The notes beneath the pieces were generated by a model. That model made no database searches. It was not told where the DNA came from and was given only the letters and a program-made list of their open reading frames with translations. A stretch of 64,000 nucleotides of DNA from Mytilus edulis (Eukaryota), in assembly GCF_963676685.1 (NCBI RefSeq), contig NC_092346.1, positions 104,284,001 to 104,348,000 of the forward strand, in the 5' to 3' direction. Within the stretch, counting starts at the first letter, position 1. Every line of letters starts with the position of its first letter. Positions 14,491-27,989 of this stretch are shown here, piece by piece. Both the position numbers and the translations under genes were made by a program.

Positions 14491-14562
14491 ATATTTGTTT
14501 TTACAAAGAAACAAAACCAAATACAATTAGCCCAATTTCAAATACTTCTATAAAACAAATCA

Positions 14563-15428
14563 ATGGATTCTAATTTTACTGATACTCAAGAAGCATATGA
14601 ATATACAGAAGAACTAATGGATGAGGCATGCTGTATAAAATACAAAGGTATGCACCCAACATATGAAGGTGCTTACTTGTTTGAGTTAAAATGCTACTGC
14701 AGTTTGCAGCGACCAGTTCGCCAATTTGTCCACGTTGGTCCTCATTGTAGACAACATAGAGAAGCCAGATATAAACGTGGAAAAAAAGTGATACATCTTC
14801 TGATGATATGCTATTGTGGAAATGTTAACAGATCATATAATAGACTAGGTAAGTCGACATTTTATTGATTTGAACATTTTGTGAATTGAACAGATTTCTA
14901 AATGAATAAGAGTACATTATTAAGCAATTATAATATTAGTATGCAATGCTATTAGATTTAAGTTTTCATGAAACTCCACCAATCTTAAATTCTACCATTA
15001 AATTAATGGTTCTGTTTTTAAAACATAGATTTTCAAGGAACACCATCATCGATTTAGTTTATTCGGATTTAACACTGTCGTGTAATGTTGTCATTTTAAG
15101 GTTATAATTAACACTGCCATTAAAGTGGGAGGTTTGGCATGCCATTAAACCAGGTTTAACCCTCCATTTTTTCATAAAATGCCCTGTACCAAGTCACGAA
15201 AATGTCCATTGTTACATGAAAGTTCGTTTCTGTGTGTGTTACATTTCGGTGTTGTGTCTCAGTTGTGTCGTAGTTCTCTTATATTTGATACGTTTCCCTC
15301 AGTTTTAGTTTGTAACCCGGATTTGTTTTTTCTCTGTCGATTTATGAATTTTGAACAGTGGTATACTATTGTTGCCTTTATTTATCTGGAATGATATACA
15401 TATCATGTTCTTCATTGCAGGCAACTAA
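14563..15428 (+). CDS. Double H-C-CxC motif protein, cluster gene 2 (97 aa), join(14563..14848,15421..15428)
   Basis: C-x20-CYC-x10-HVGPHC-x20-CYC (first His absent, CC present). Donor AG|GTAAGT at 14849 and acceptor TTCTTCATTGCAG ending 15420 give ...YNRLGN*. The unspliced ORF ends at 14868. Confidence 0.8.
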
Positions 15429-17498
15429 AGAAAGATGTTCCACAAAGAAAAAGAAAACTATGTTTATTAGAAGATGTACAAGATATACATATTCTCTGCT
15501 ATTTCAAGAAAAAAATTAAGAAAGTATATCAAATGATGGTCGCAAAACTGAGTATTTGTACATTTGTCATACTGCAGTGTTTGATAACAATTGCTATTTA
15601 TATTCTTAAATGGTCACTAGCTCAAAATCAAAAGTACGATTTCATTTTTTGTTCAATCATTAATCAAAGTGAAATAGTGAAACTAAATCCTTGTTAGCAG
15701 CCAGTATGGTTAATTTTGTCAAATTACGCTAAGAAACATTGATGATTAATTAATCACTTGCAAGTTGTTTATTTTACACTTTTTACAAATTGAATAAATG
15801 TTTTGCATGGTTATAAATCAAACATGAGAATTTTAAGCCAAATCTGTGAGCATGAATTTGACAGCTAGATGAGCTAGTGCCCATTTAAGATGATAACATG
15901 AACTCTTTCTTTTGTATAAAACATAGCTGCTAATGTATCTTGTTCGTGATTTTCGGCTTAATAAATGAATGGTGTTTATCGTTTTTCTTTTGCAAATGTT
16001 TATGTCAGGTTATCAAAATGAGAAACCAATATTTGTATTACATTGGGTTATTTCATTTTGTCCTACGACTTTTCGATTATGAGCGTTACTCATGAACGTA
16101 AATTCAGATACATCAAATGTATAATGCGAGTTAAAATGTAAGATGATAAAAAACCAAATATTTCTGATATGTTTCCAGTTCATTTCACACATGATTCAGG
16201 AAATATCTGCATCAGGCACACATGAAACAAAAAGTTGGAAAGCCAAAAGTATAATACGTTTGAGAACCATAAAATTGAAACCTCTTCGACTAAAACCCAA
16301 ATCGTTAAATATCCACGTCATTTGGTCTACGGGGGATAGTTATCGCATGTGCAATCATACCACAACATATCATTTATTTGTTCAACATATTGACTGGTAT
16401 CACTGTTATGTAATTTCATGACCTGGATGTGAGTTTCAATATGTCCAAATATGACATTTTCACCACAGTATTTAACTATTATTCTCATATTTAAATTTCT
16501 ATATGGTGATAAGCGGTAAAAAGTCTGGAAAATCCAATGTTTAAGAAAGATAAAGTCGTACACACTGTATTATATGTTTTTGTTTTTGAATACACATATA
16601 AACCGAACCGTTGGAAGTCAATAGTTTGTCAGATAAGTTTAGCGACTTTTTGACTGCAAGAAAATGCGTTTAAATCTTAGAAAGGACCGATGATATCATT
16701 AGTAAAGTCCTCCGTTTTAAATGATGCTTTATTAATAGAAGATAAAACAAATTAGGTTGGTAGGCTAGAGGATTACTGAATGTATTATCGATTTTTGTGT
16801 AAAAATATGAAAACAATGTTTCCATGCATTATTAGCTAAAACCGCAAATGATGTATCGCACAGCCTTAGGATAAACATACCTATAGATACCTTTGGCAAC
16901 TGAATTATGGTGTCCAAATTCGTACTGCATAACTAAAGATAACCGTATAATCAGATTGTAACTAAACAAGACATGAGGTTCAAAACTATCCATTGCCCAT
17001 AACGGAGTATAAATTCAGTAAAAACAAAATGAATACATTTTCGGAACATTTCTTCATTCTGAAAACGACACGACACATACATTTTTTTTTATTATTTTTA
17101 TATAAGTTGGATTAATGTAGACCTTTGTTTCACTTATTAAGCTATCGCTTCTTAAATAAAGACACACAAATTTCTATATTGACGTCGCGACGAATATCTA
17201 AAAAGTGTTCCTTAAAAATTACCTAAAATTTAACAAATAAAGTCCAGCCTTCGTTGACAGTCTTCGCTAAATTACAAGTATTGATTTACTTATCACGTCA
17301 GAACCACTTGGAAAAAAACGTGTAACAAAACGATTGGGAGATTAATTATACTTAACAGAAAATCCAGAATTTAAATATAATCATATACAACAGAAATATA
17401 TATATATATATATGATAGCGAAGATATAAAACATATGTTTTCTTTTATACAAGTATTAGTTAAAAGTACTGAATTTGAAAAACAATCAAAATTTTGAT

Positions 17499-17982
17499 AT
17501 GCAAAGTTTAATAAGTGTCGAAGAAAATGATGATGATAGTGTATATGAAAAGCACTTTAGTAATAAGTGTAAAATGATAAGAAAGTGTTTTATTAGAAAT
17601 GACCGAACTTACTATATCTTTCTTAGACATTGTTATTGCAACCAATATCCCTATGTCTTAAATAGAGATGTCAATTTTCGGGAGATGTCGGATATGAATA
17701 AGGACGGAGTTTTCATCCATCTTCATGCTGACTGTTTTCGTAAACATAGGCAGCATAAAGCATTTATAATTACTAGTAAATGTAGTTGCGATGCACGTCA
17801 AGAATACATGTCTAACACTAGGTAAGTTATAATTTGAGGTATTTTCCTTTAACTTATCTCTTCATAGCTCAGGTATAGTTCACTTTAAGGAGAGTTGTCT
17901 CATTGGCAATCATACCACATATTCTTTTTAATATTTAGTTAATTAGACATTTTTTAACAGAACGATTTGGGAAAAGAAGTAA
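17499..17982 (+). CDS. Double H-C-CxC motif protein, cluster gene 3 (114 aa if spliced), join(17499..17821,17961..17982)
   Basis: First ATG at 17499. HFSNKC-x20-CYC-x26-HLHADC-x15-CSC. Donor AG|GTAAGT at 17822 and candidate acceptor TTTTTTAACAG ending 17960 give ...SNTRTIWEKK*. The second exon is less certain than the first. Confidence 0.72.
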
Positions 17983-19065
17983 AAATTTAAAAGGGACAAA
18001 AAAATATGTTACTAACATCAAATTCTATAAAAAAAAAAATACAACTTATATATGATTATAAACTACAATGGGAATCGTATTGCTTATTCTTTAGTTTTCT
18101 CTGTTGTGGCATGTGTTCTATTATTTGTCTGTTTGTCTTCTTTCATTTTTAGCCATGGCGTTGTCAGTTTATTTTCGATTTATGAGTTTGACTGTCCCTT
18201 TGGTATCTTTCGTCCCTCTTTCCTAACCTGAGGAACTGTACAATTTTACACATGCCTTTTTACATTTCACGTTGACTACATTCACCTCTTTTCTCGATCA
18301 GCTGTTTAACCGTAATTGTCACAAAAAAATCATTCACAACAGTCAGGGCGGTCTCAAATTCTTCGGTTAATTCATTTGATAAAACCCTTTTCACCTGCCT
18401 TAACAAAATCAAAATATATTGAACGACTCTCACTGATATAATGTTCCTTTTTTTCCCTTTTTTTCATAATGCTTAACCTGTTTGACGGTAACATTATGAA
18501 AACAAGTTGTAAAGACTAAATATCGTCTTCACTAGACCATGTGTGTATATGTGTTGCCATATGTATTTTTAAGATGGTAAGAAGACAAAGATATTAACTT
18601 GATAATTAAATGCTGAAAATGTATAAATTCCTAATAATATTCAGATGATTGATTGATTGCAGGATGCTTAATGCAATGTGGCAAAAATTACGACGACATA
18701 TTTCATAAAAATAACTATCAATAAATTGATGCATCCATAGCGCTTTTCAAAATTCACTTAACCAGGTAGGCCCGAAACCTAAAATTGTCAGCATTAGATA
18801 TCTATACATTAATCAACATTTAATGAGCTTAATGCGAAACAAAGTCCTTTAAGTTGAGTTAATACAGATATGGAAAAATTTACCTGAGGCACTTTGAACC
18901 TAGGTCTAACAATTTCTAACTTAATTTACAAAATTAACCAACTGTTCTGTTATTTTTTGCTAAGGTTATGTATTTAAAAAAAAATGATATTACCAAAACC
19001 ATGATTTATATAGACTAGTGTTTTTATAATTTGTACAAATTTGTTATCTGTTTGTAATGAAACGG

Positions 19066-19098
19066 TCCAATCAATAGGTCACCAACGAAGTATATAAT
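19066..19098 (+). promoter_or_regulatory. CCAAT box plus TATA box upstream of the membrane micro-ORF
   Basis: CCAAT at 19067 and TATATAA at 19091, about 80 nt before ATG 19174. Confidence 0.35.
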
Positions 19099-19173
19099 TT
19101 GATATGTTTACCTCACAGTGCATTGTTAACGCAGAATAACAACCGTTTATTCCTTTAAATTGACTATTTTATA

Positions 19174-19314
19174 ATGGTGACCGGAGGAATACTCGCCCTT
19201 GCAATAGTATTACCTGTAGTAGGAGTACCATTACTGGTCGTTCTAATCTGGTTCTTAGTAAAACAGTACAGGAAGAAACATGCAAGAGGATTTAGAGATG
19301 TTCATACAAAATAA
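19174..19314 (+). CDS. 46-aa single-pass transmembrane microprotein
   Basis: Hand translation gives MVTGGILALAIVLPVVGVPLLVVLIWFLVKQYRKKHARGFRDVHTK*: 24 apolar residues followed by a basic stop-transfer cluster. Kozak-like ATAATGG, in-frame upstream stop at 19156. Confidence 0.65.
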   Translation: MVTGGILALAIVLPVVGVPLLVVLIWFLVKQYRKKHARGFRDVHTK

Positions 19315-21100
19315 TTCGGATAGCCTTGTGTTTTTAATACAAGTACATTTTTTGTTCATTCAAGTATAATAGTTAATTTTTCGCTTGACACAACCTGCAG
19401 ATTCTTTACAATGGAACAACATATGATTTGTATTTTGTTAATTAATCGTAGAAGGAATACCTGTCAGTATGACTTACAGTAAGGAATCATTTAAGATATG
19501 ATAAAAATATTTCGGAAACATTGTAGACATTTGCTTTGGCATTTGGGTAATTCCATTCAGTATATCAGTGATAACTCTGACTTTTGAATTGCTGTATGTC
19601 ATGAATATTTTTTTATCTTAATTCATGTTATAGTAATGATTTACCTTTATAAATATAGCTATAAATAATCGAACTTGTATACTATAAAATCAGGATCATG
19701 TTGGTACTGTTTATTTTTTTTTTCGAACTGTTGCATCCATTGGACAATGCCTATGCTAGGTTTTGGATTTTATGTATGTTTTGTATGGCTTTTATTCGTT
19801 CATTGGCCTTATTCATTTCTGTCTGTTTTTGGTTCAAAGAGATTATAGAATTATTCTACAAAACCTATGTTCTACTTTTTGTTAAAAAAAAACATTATTG
19901 AAATGAATGAATTTTTTATATCATTAGAAGACTATGCCAGTTATATTTATAAATAATGTTTCAGTAGATAATTATTATAAGAAAAATATCGAACTCGAGG
20001 TTAAATCAAAAAGGTGAATTGCAGAACAATTGATATTAGAATTATTAAGCGAACGGAAAGCAACTGTCACATTCCTGATCTGGAACAGGTATTTTCAGAC
20101 TAAAATGGTGGTTCATACTGGGTTTCATGGCTAGCCGAACCTCCCACTTAATGGCAGTACTTTATATTTCCGTTTTTAATTGGTTTGGCTCTTTACCCTT
20201 TTTATTCGAGCGTCACTTATGTGTCTTTTGTAGACCAACGCGTATCTGATGTACACAATTTTAATCCTGGATTTTTCACTATACGTTTGTTTACAATATA
20301 TTCAGACAAAATCATAAAAATTCAAGATGCATATTACATAAATCATATTATTTGCCTTTTGTTTAATTTTAACAACGTAAAAAGCAGTAGTATCACCTCC
20401 TGGTTGTAATGGAAATTATTAAGGTATTTTTAGATAGTTGTCATTTGGAAATTTCGGGAAAATTTCGTTACACAATGGCGTGATTGATCCATGGTATATG
20501 TTTATAAGGCGGTTGCGACATGAAATGGGTCAATCGAAATATCTGAATAGTGTTTACTTATTGATATCGACTGATATATGGCAAATATCCAAATGTCATT
20601 TGTACAAATATGTTTTAAGCACATAGAGTATAGATATGAAAAATGAAGGAAAAGCGTTAAATTTCATCTTTTTGAGATATTAAAAACTGTTCGGACAAAA
20701 ATAAGACGATTGAACAAAAAGCCTCATTCAGTAAAATACAACTAGTGAACAGAATCTAACGATAACACATTACCTTTAAAAACTAGAATTCTTTTTATTA
20801 TTAAAATTATCAATGCAAAAATCGCTGCATCGAGGCAAAACTAAAACTCAATATCATATCAAAACATTCTCGCGTACAATGAAATAAACTCAAGATACTT
20901 ATCCTGCTGATATGAATTTATGATATCTTACTCTCTGATATTAATGGTTGTAGTTGAGGGTAAATTTCTTTAAATAAATGTTACCTCTATAACATCCAGA
21001 AATTATTATTTGAAGATATAACTGAAAGTTTCTGCCAAAAAATCTGCAGTCAACGATTATGTTTGCAATTCTTTACTTTTCATTGGAATCAATTTAACTT

Positions 21101-21148
21101 AAGTAGGAAGAGATATTTTAATACATTAGTCATGTGTCTGTATAAAAG
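21101..21148 (+). promoter_or_regulatory. Conserved promoter block of gene 4
   Basis: AAGTAGGAAGAG ... AGTCATGTGTC (E-box) TG TATAAAAG, conserved before genes 5 and 6. Confidence 0.6.
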
Positions 21149-21248
21149 TAATACAGCAGTAAAAGCTAACCATAACGTAGAGTTAACCAGAATATACCGA
21201 AACGGTTCCATTTTGATGACTTTAAGATTATTATATTTATTTTTGAAA

Positions 21249-21544
21249 ATGGCATACAATGAAACGTGTACTGAATTTGATGATATTTATGATGATTACA
21301 TTCGTGAAAGCAACTCGTGTTCAATTAGATACATAATCAAAACGTTTTTTGATTATTACTAGTATTATTATTATGAAACGGATTGCCACTGTAAAATCAA
21401 GAAACCAGTTCGGATATTTTATCACACAAAAGGTGTTTGCAAACCCTACATTATAAAGAAAATGAGTCATGGGCGTTTGCATCAACGTCTTTTTATATGA
21501 GATGCTATTGTGGCTATGAGAAAAATTCATGTATAATTACTTAA
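21249..21544 (+). pseudogene. Pseudogene paralog of gene 5 (cluster gene 4)
   Basis: MAYNETCTEFDD...TFFDYY*YYYYETDCHCKIKKPVRIFYHTKGVCKPYI...RLHQRL/YMRCYCGYEK. In-frame TAG at 21360, +2 T frameshift at 21490-21494, first His replaced by Arg, donor retained at 21551. Confidence 0.85.
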
Positions 21545-22787
21545 TATAAGGTAAGATATTGCTTATAAACAAAAATAATGTAAAATTAACAATAGCAATT
21601 TACATCTCAGGTTTACGTTTTGTAAAGCGCCGCAGTACTGCCATTCTTAATAGTAGATATTTTTTCAAAACTATTTAAAAAAAAAAATGTAGATGTTTAT
21701 TCAATGTCAGAATATCGATACGGTACATATTATTTTATACTGGATGTTTGTTGAAAATATTTTAAGATAAAATCATGACAATTCAAGTTGCATATAACAA
21801 AAACCATATTATATGCATTTTGTTTAATTCTAACATAACAGTAGTATAACCTGCTAGTTGTTATGGAAATTATTTAGGTGAATTTAGATAATTGTCATTT
21901 GAAAATTTCAATACAAAATGGCGTGATTGGTCTATTTTCCTGTTTACAAGACGGTTGTGACATGAAATGAGTCACTTGAAATATCTGATAGTGTTTTTAT
22001 TTATATGAGAGTTCAAAATCATATCGAATGACATATGGCAAAGATCCAAATGTCATGTGTACAAATATGTTTTAAGTACATAGAGTATAGATGTGACAAA
22101 GGAAGGAAAAATAAACTTTGTTAAAAGTCTTCCTTTTGAAATATAAAGAACTGTTCGTTAAAAAATAAGATAATTACACAAAAATCCTCACTCAGAAAAT
22201 GCAATAAGTATACAGAATTTAAACGAAAACACATTAATTTTAAAAATTTTAATTCTTTTGAATATTCCAAAAGTCAAAACAAAAATCGCGACATTGAGTA
22301 TATTTCAAACTAAAAGGTTTCAAACATATAAGTATGATGTACGCGGTAAAACATTTCTAGGCTGTTAGAAGATTTTACTAGAATGGTTTTGACAATTTAA
22401 TATCTGATGTTACTACCATATTCCTTAGATGATAATATCAATTAAGATATTACAACAGACACTGCAATATACCAAAAAGAACGTAAACAACAGAACACTA
22501 AAATCATTTCTTGAGATAGATTTATAGATTGCAGAACAAAAACTCAATACCATATCAAAACATGCTCGCGTATAACGAAATAAACTCAAGGTACTTAACC
22601 TGCTGATATGAATTCATGACATCTTACTCTCTGATATTAATTGTTGTAGTTGAGGGTAGATTTCTTTAAATAAATTTTCCTCTATAACATCAAGAAATTG
22701 TTATTTGAAGATATAACTGAAAGTTTATGCCTAAAAATCTCCAGTCAACGATTAATTCTTTACTTTTCATCGGAATCAATTTAACTA

Positions 22788-22835
22788 AAGTAGGAGGAGC
22801 TATTTAAATACACAAGTCATGTGTCTGCATTAAAG
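22788..22835 (+). promoter_or_regulatory. Conserved promoter block of gene 5
   Basis: AAGTAGGAGGAGC-TATTTAAA...AGTCATGTGTC. The TATA position reads CATTAAAG. Confidence 0.55.
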
Positions 22836-22915
22836 TCATACAGCAGAAACAGCTTATCATAACATAGAGTTAACCAGAATATATCGAAACGGTTCCATTT
22901 TGATTACTTTAGAAA

Positions 22916-23203
22916 ATGGCAAACAATGAAATAAACACTGAACCGGATGATATTTATGATGATAACAATCATGAAAGTAACTTATGTTCAATTAAATACA
23001 AGGGCTTAACGTTTTTCAGTTATCATTTCTATAAAACGGAATGTCACTGTAAAAGCCCGAAACCAGTTCGGGAATTTTATCACACAAAAAGTGTTTGCCA
23101 ACCCTACATTAAGAAAGAAATGATTCGTGAACGTTTGTATCAGCGTCTTTATATGAGATGCTATTGTGGCTATGAGAAACGTTCATATTGTATAATTCTT
23201 TAA
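22916..23203 (+). CDS. Double H-C-CxC motif protein, cluster gene 5 (95 aa)
   Basis: AAAATGG start, HESNLC-x18-CHC-x10-HTKSVC-x20-CYC, donor AG|GTAAGC at 23210, six nt after the stop. Confidence 0.85.
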   Translation: MANNEINTEPDDIYDDNNHESNLCSIKYKGLTFFSYHFYKTECHCKSPKPVREFYHTKSVCQPYIKKEMIRERLYQRLYMRCYCGYEKRSYCIIL

Positions 23204-25299
23204 TATAAGGTAAGCTATTGCTTATAAACAAAAATAATGTTAAATTAACAATAGCAATTTACAACTCGGGTTTACGTTTTGTAAGGTAGTACTGTCATTC
23301 TTGATAGTAGATAATTTTTCAAAACTATTTGTAATTTTGAATTTTGTAAAAGAAAAGATGTAGTTGTATATTCAATGTCAAAATGTCGATACGGTACATA
23401 TCATATTAATAGTGTATGTTGAGTCCTAGTAAGGAGGTAGAGGATACCAAAGGGATATTCAAACTCATAAGTCAAAAACAAACTGAGTGAGCCACGACCA
23501 AACAAAAAAAATTATGAAAAGATAAACACAATATCGAAAACTAAAGAATGATCAAAACAGACCCTTCACAATCCGAGGAAAATACAGATAGTCTGATTAA
23601 ATGAGAACAAAAAATATCAATATTTCAATTTTTATGCCTACTATGTTACACTAGAATTTTTCAAAATATCTTTATATAAGCTTTGCTAACATTAGTTTGG
23701 GTTTTCCTGAAGAAGTGATACTAGTTTAGCAAAAAATGCAAATAATACATTAAAGAGGGAGGACATATTTCCTCTATGTTATACTCACAGGCTAGACATT
23801 TTTAAGTCGGTTAAACTTATAAACAGTTGGATAACAAAGAGAATTAACAATATTAATAAAACAATAAGTCTACATTTTTGCATCTTTCTATAAATTGAAC
23901 TGTAAACTGCTGCTAATGGCAATAATGAAAAAATGTGTTTTGTTGCTTTGCATCGAATGTTTTGAATGAATGAATCTAAGCTGTTTTGCATCTGAAAGAG
24001 CTTTCCGTCAGTTATAATGTATCCTGTTTGAACTGTTATGACAGAATAAAAGATTGAAAGTGCATAATAACCGAGCTGAACTCATTTATCAATCGTATAA
24101 GATAAATTGATATCTTTTTGCAAATAAAGTAACTAGAGTGTCTACATACTATATTGTTTTTCTTTGTTGACATAGTTGAGTGTTGTTATAGTGAGTAAGA
24201 TAACAACACAATTTTGACAACCGCACTGCTCGGTTTTTGACGTGTATATCTATAATGTCTGTTTGCTTTTTTTTATTATGAAATTTTAGGCGACTGTCAT
24301 ACAAGTGAGATGTTTTGCTAGCTATAATACCAGGTTTAATCCGCCATTTTGAGCATAAGGAAATATTTGTACCAAGTATGGAACATTAAAATTGCTAACC
24401 ATTTGTTTGATGTGTTTGACCTTTTGATATTTCCATTTGTTAAGGGTCTTTTCATTTATAATATCCCTTGTTCGGAATTTTTTATTATTTTACTGTTTAG
24501 ACCTTATTATCAAACCAATTCAACCATGCAAACTAGGTAAAAGTCAGACGAAAAACATGTTTATCTTACAATTATAATGTAACCCAAATATGACTACATT
24601 TTTTTCTTTAAACTGAGAGTTTGGCATTACTACTAACACTTAATGTGAATTTAATAACGCAATGAAATATAAAAATGTGACCAAAAGAAATAAATTGCTG
24701 CATGAAAACATCTGTTCACAACCTATAGGTATATAAAGCAATGCATGAGAGTTTTTTTAGTTTTCTTTCAGAAGAACCAACACATCGTCTATCTGCTTAA
24801 AATTTACTAGACAAAATGTAAACATTAGTTCCTGAATGCTGAAAAGATAGATCAAAGAAATCTTTTATAAAGAAAAGGGCATATGATTAATTATTTTATA
24901 AAAAAAAAATCAAAGGAAAGGTTATGAAAGATGTTCTTAAAAAAAAACACTAGACAGAAGAAGCAACGTTATAATCTCATGTGAAAAGAATCAGAGTGTT
25001 CTTTAATACTTGAAAATAAAATATTTGCAGTAATTTTCATTTCAAATTTTCCGTTGATTAGAACAATAAACTAATTAAACATTTTGCAAGTAGGAAAGAG
25101 ATATTATAAATTGATTAAAGTATGTATACGTATGAATAAAAGGAGATGTAATCTAAATGTCAAAAATATATATCTATAAGTTATAAAAAACACAACTATT
25201 ATTTGGTATAAAAGCTATTTGAGAAATAATGCCGACACTTCAAATCTAGTATAGTTGACAACACATAGACTACTTCTAATTATATTCTCTTTTTTGTAG

Positions 25300-25500
25300 G
25301 TAAAGATATCATCAAGATGTGTTTTGAAATAGATATATCGACAGTAGCTTCTTTTCAGATGATAACGGAAAATACAGATTATTATATAATTTTTGACATT
25401 AAAATTGTTTTAAAAATGTGAAACATCTGATGAAAAAATGTAAAAGGTGTGTGTCTAAGGAATAACAATTGATAAACGTTAATAAAACTTATTGCAATTA
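25300..25500 (+). other. Putative non-coding 3'-UTR exon of gene 5
   Basis: CTAAT branch-like site, pyrimidine tract and TAG ending 25299. Homologous to 36712-36900. AATAAA at 25481. Confidence 0.6.
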
Positions 25501-26092
25501 AAAATCTATACTAGTAATTCAGAGAACCATTAAAGATCTTTCCACATCAATTTTCAAAGTTGTATTAAAGAAGCTTCTTTTGCTTACTGATTAAAAAATA
25601 TATGTTTTCTATGTATTTTTGTCTAAAAAAAAAGTGTGTATTTGGTACTTGTAGTTTAAATAATGTCACTTCCAGTCTTGTATGATAAATTATTTCACAG
25701 ATTCCAAAAAGTATATGGTTTTTATATAATTCAGCATGTAAAAAAGAGATACCTTGCAACATCCGGTTTAGTAAATGTCACTTTCGGTCTCATATTTACA
25801 TTCTTTTGCCTGTAATAAGGGAAATAATTACTACTTCCGGTTTAATGAAGGTGAAATCTGGTCTCAAATGATCGGTTTATATTTGTCTATCTAAAATAAA
25901 TATGGTTTCTATTCACTTTTTATGCAAAAAAATGCAAAAAAGGACACTTCCTGAAGTTTTGAAGGTTATATGACAACTAACGTTTTTTAAAAGACCTTTT
26001 GAATGTGTTATGAACTAACTTGAAGTAATAATCAATTAACCTTGTATCTAAACATTTTAGGTGCAATAACTCCTATAAAACTTCTTTATAAA

Positions 26093-26610
26093 AAAGATGA
26101 TGTTGTATGATTGCCAATGCCTCTACAAGAGACCAAATGACACAGAAATTGACAAAACTAGAGGTCACTGTAGGGCCTTCAACAATAAGCAAATTCCATA
26201 CCGGATAGTCAGCTATAAAATGAACAAAAATGACAAATGTAAAACAATTCAAACGAGAAAACTAACGGCCTTATATATGTACAAAAAATAACGAAAAACA
26301 AATATGTAACACATTGACAAACGACAACCACTGAATTACAGGCTCCTGACTTGGGACAGGCACATACCTACAGAATGTGGTGGGGTTAAACATGTTATCG
26401 GGATCCAACCCTCTCTTACCTAGAACAGTGGTGTAACAGTACAACATAAGAACGAACTATAAAAATCAATTGAAAAATGCTCAACTCATCAGAAGAATAT
26501 ACATATAATGAAGTGTAAAGACGTCATAAACAGTCAGAGAAGAACATGACCTTGTGTAATGCCAAGATACAGGTATCGACAGATTGTAGATCCATGAATG
26601 TGTATATGTA
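26093..26610 (+). repeat. Interspersed repeat family B (AGATGTGGTATGATTGCCAATGAGACAACT...)
   Basis: Homologous to 40122-40470, with related copies at 36020-36430, 53270-53680 (-) and 60520-61225 (interrupted). Confidence 0.75.
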
Positions 26611-27989
26611 TATAAAAATAAGATTATATTGTTTCAGACCAAACTTATCATATCTTCAACACAATCAAACAAACAATTACACTAGTTCTTTTTATATATA
26701 TCTTTAAAAGTGTCAGAGTAGATACAAAAAAAAAAAAAAAAATCAAAATTGAGAACATGACCTTGACCTGCAATATTGAACTCAGTTTCTATGTTAATAT
26801 CCATGGGCCTCAAATGAAAAAAGTTCTAGGGTAATACAGCTAACGGTTTAAAAGTTACAAAAATATACCGACTAATTTATTTGGTAAAGTAAGAAAACTC
26901 CCGTAAGATTTCACTGTATCGCTTTGATCCAAAATTCCTGATGATGTAAGGAACAATTCAGAAAAAGAAGTTTTGACGATATCTTCTTTTTTTGTTCCGA
27001 ATCAGATTCCTACTAGATGAACTGTGAATGGGGATATAACTCTTACAAAGAAAATTGTGTAGCTTAAATGGATGAAAGTTAAAAGTGCATACACTACGAT
27101 ACATTATAACAAATATCTAGGCGACATATTGCACAACAAAACAAAGTTTGACGGAAGAAAAAAAAATATCATCATAACTCATACAATAGGTCTTTCAAAA
27201 GGAAAGTGGACAGAAATTATTATTTAGAAATAAAAACTAATTGTCAATGGCACAACTATTACGTTGGTGGGATTTTTGTTGCTTCATCTTTAATTCTAAA
27301 TGTAAAGTTTGTGATTTCGGGGTTGAACCTTTGAATTGTTCGTTGTGTAACTAGTGTTTAGTTGACGGCTAACAATTCATGATTTTTCAATAACTCTCAA
27401 AGGTAGATAACGAGAACGTATATCAAACCAAAGCAAATTAAAGGTAATAGACAACAACATTAGTCAAACATTCCTAATCAAAATGATTTTTATAGTTGTT
27501 ATTACTTGTTATGATAAACACACGAGACAAAAAATGGCTGAAAAGGCAATTTGAAAAAGAAAAACTTACAACTGTCAAGTCTTAGTTCTGGTAAAAATCC
27601 ATTTTAAATAAAATAACTACTAAAAAATTTGGTCATGTATATATTGTTAAAAATAGATAAAAGGAGATATGCTTATAAAACCAAAAGTTACCAGAAATAT
27701 TACGATTTGTTATATAATCTGTAAATGTAATTTACATAGGTAGCACAAAACGTACTCTAGATAAAATTTCTTATAAGTAAGAACTGATCTGGAGCTCTGG
27801 ATCATTAACTTCCTTAGAATTTGTATTCATTTGATCTAGATAAATTGATCTATTACAATTATAAGCCAGTGTTAAAAAATATGAATTATAAATAAATAAA
27901 ACTTTTTAAAAAATTGTCAAAACAGTATCTCCTTTAAAAGATCATGATTTTGACAACATATATATTAAATCATATTTTTCTATAAATCC

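Larger units (their letters stand above)
20290..23410 (+). repeat. Tandem segmental duplication carrying genes 4 and 5
   Basis: About 20290-21740 aligns by eye with 21765-23410 (upstream region, promoter, CDS, start of intron). The second unit has about 250 extra bp at 22283-22535. Confidence 0.85.

Noticed and set aside
21063-21248. N-terminal extensions from TTG/GTG starts in the ORF track (also 17475 and 31949)
   Set aside because: They run through promoter or 5'-UTR sequence. Paralog alignment places the starts at ATG 21249, 17499 and 32027.
22916-23203. CDGSH iron-sulfur or SWIM domain assignment
   Set aside because: CxC is shared, but the diagnostic PxCDGxH and CxH motifs are absent. 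An Fe-S ligand role is not excluded.
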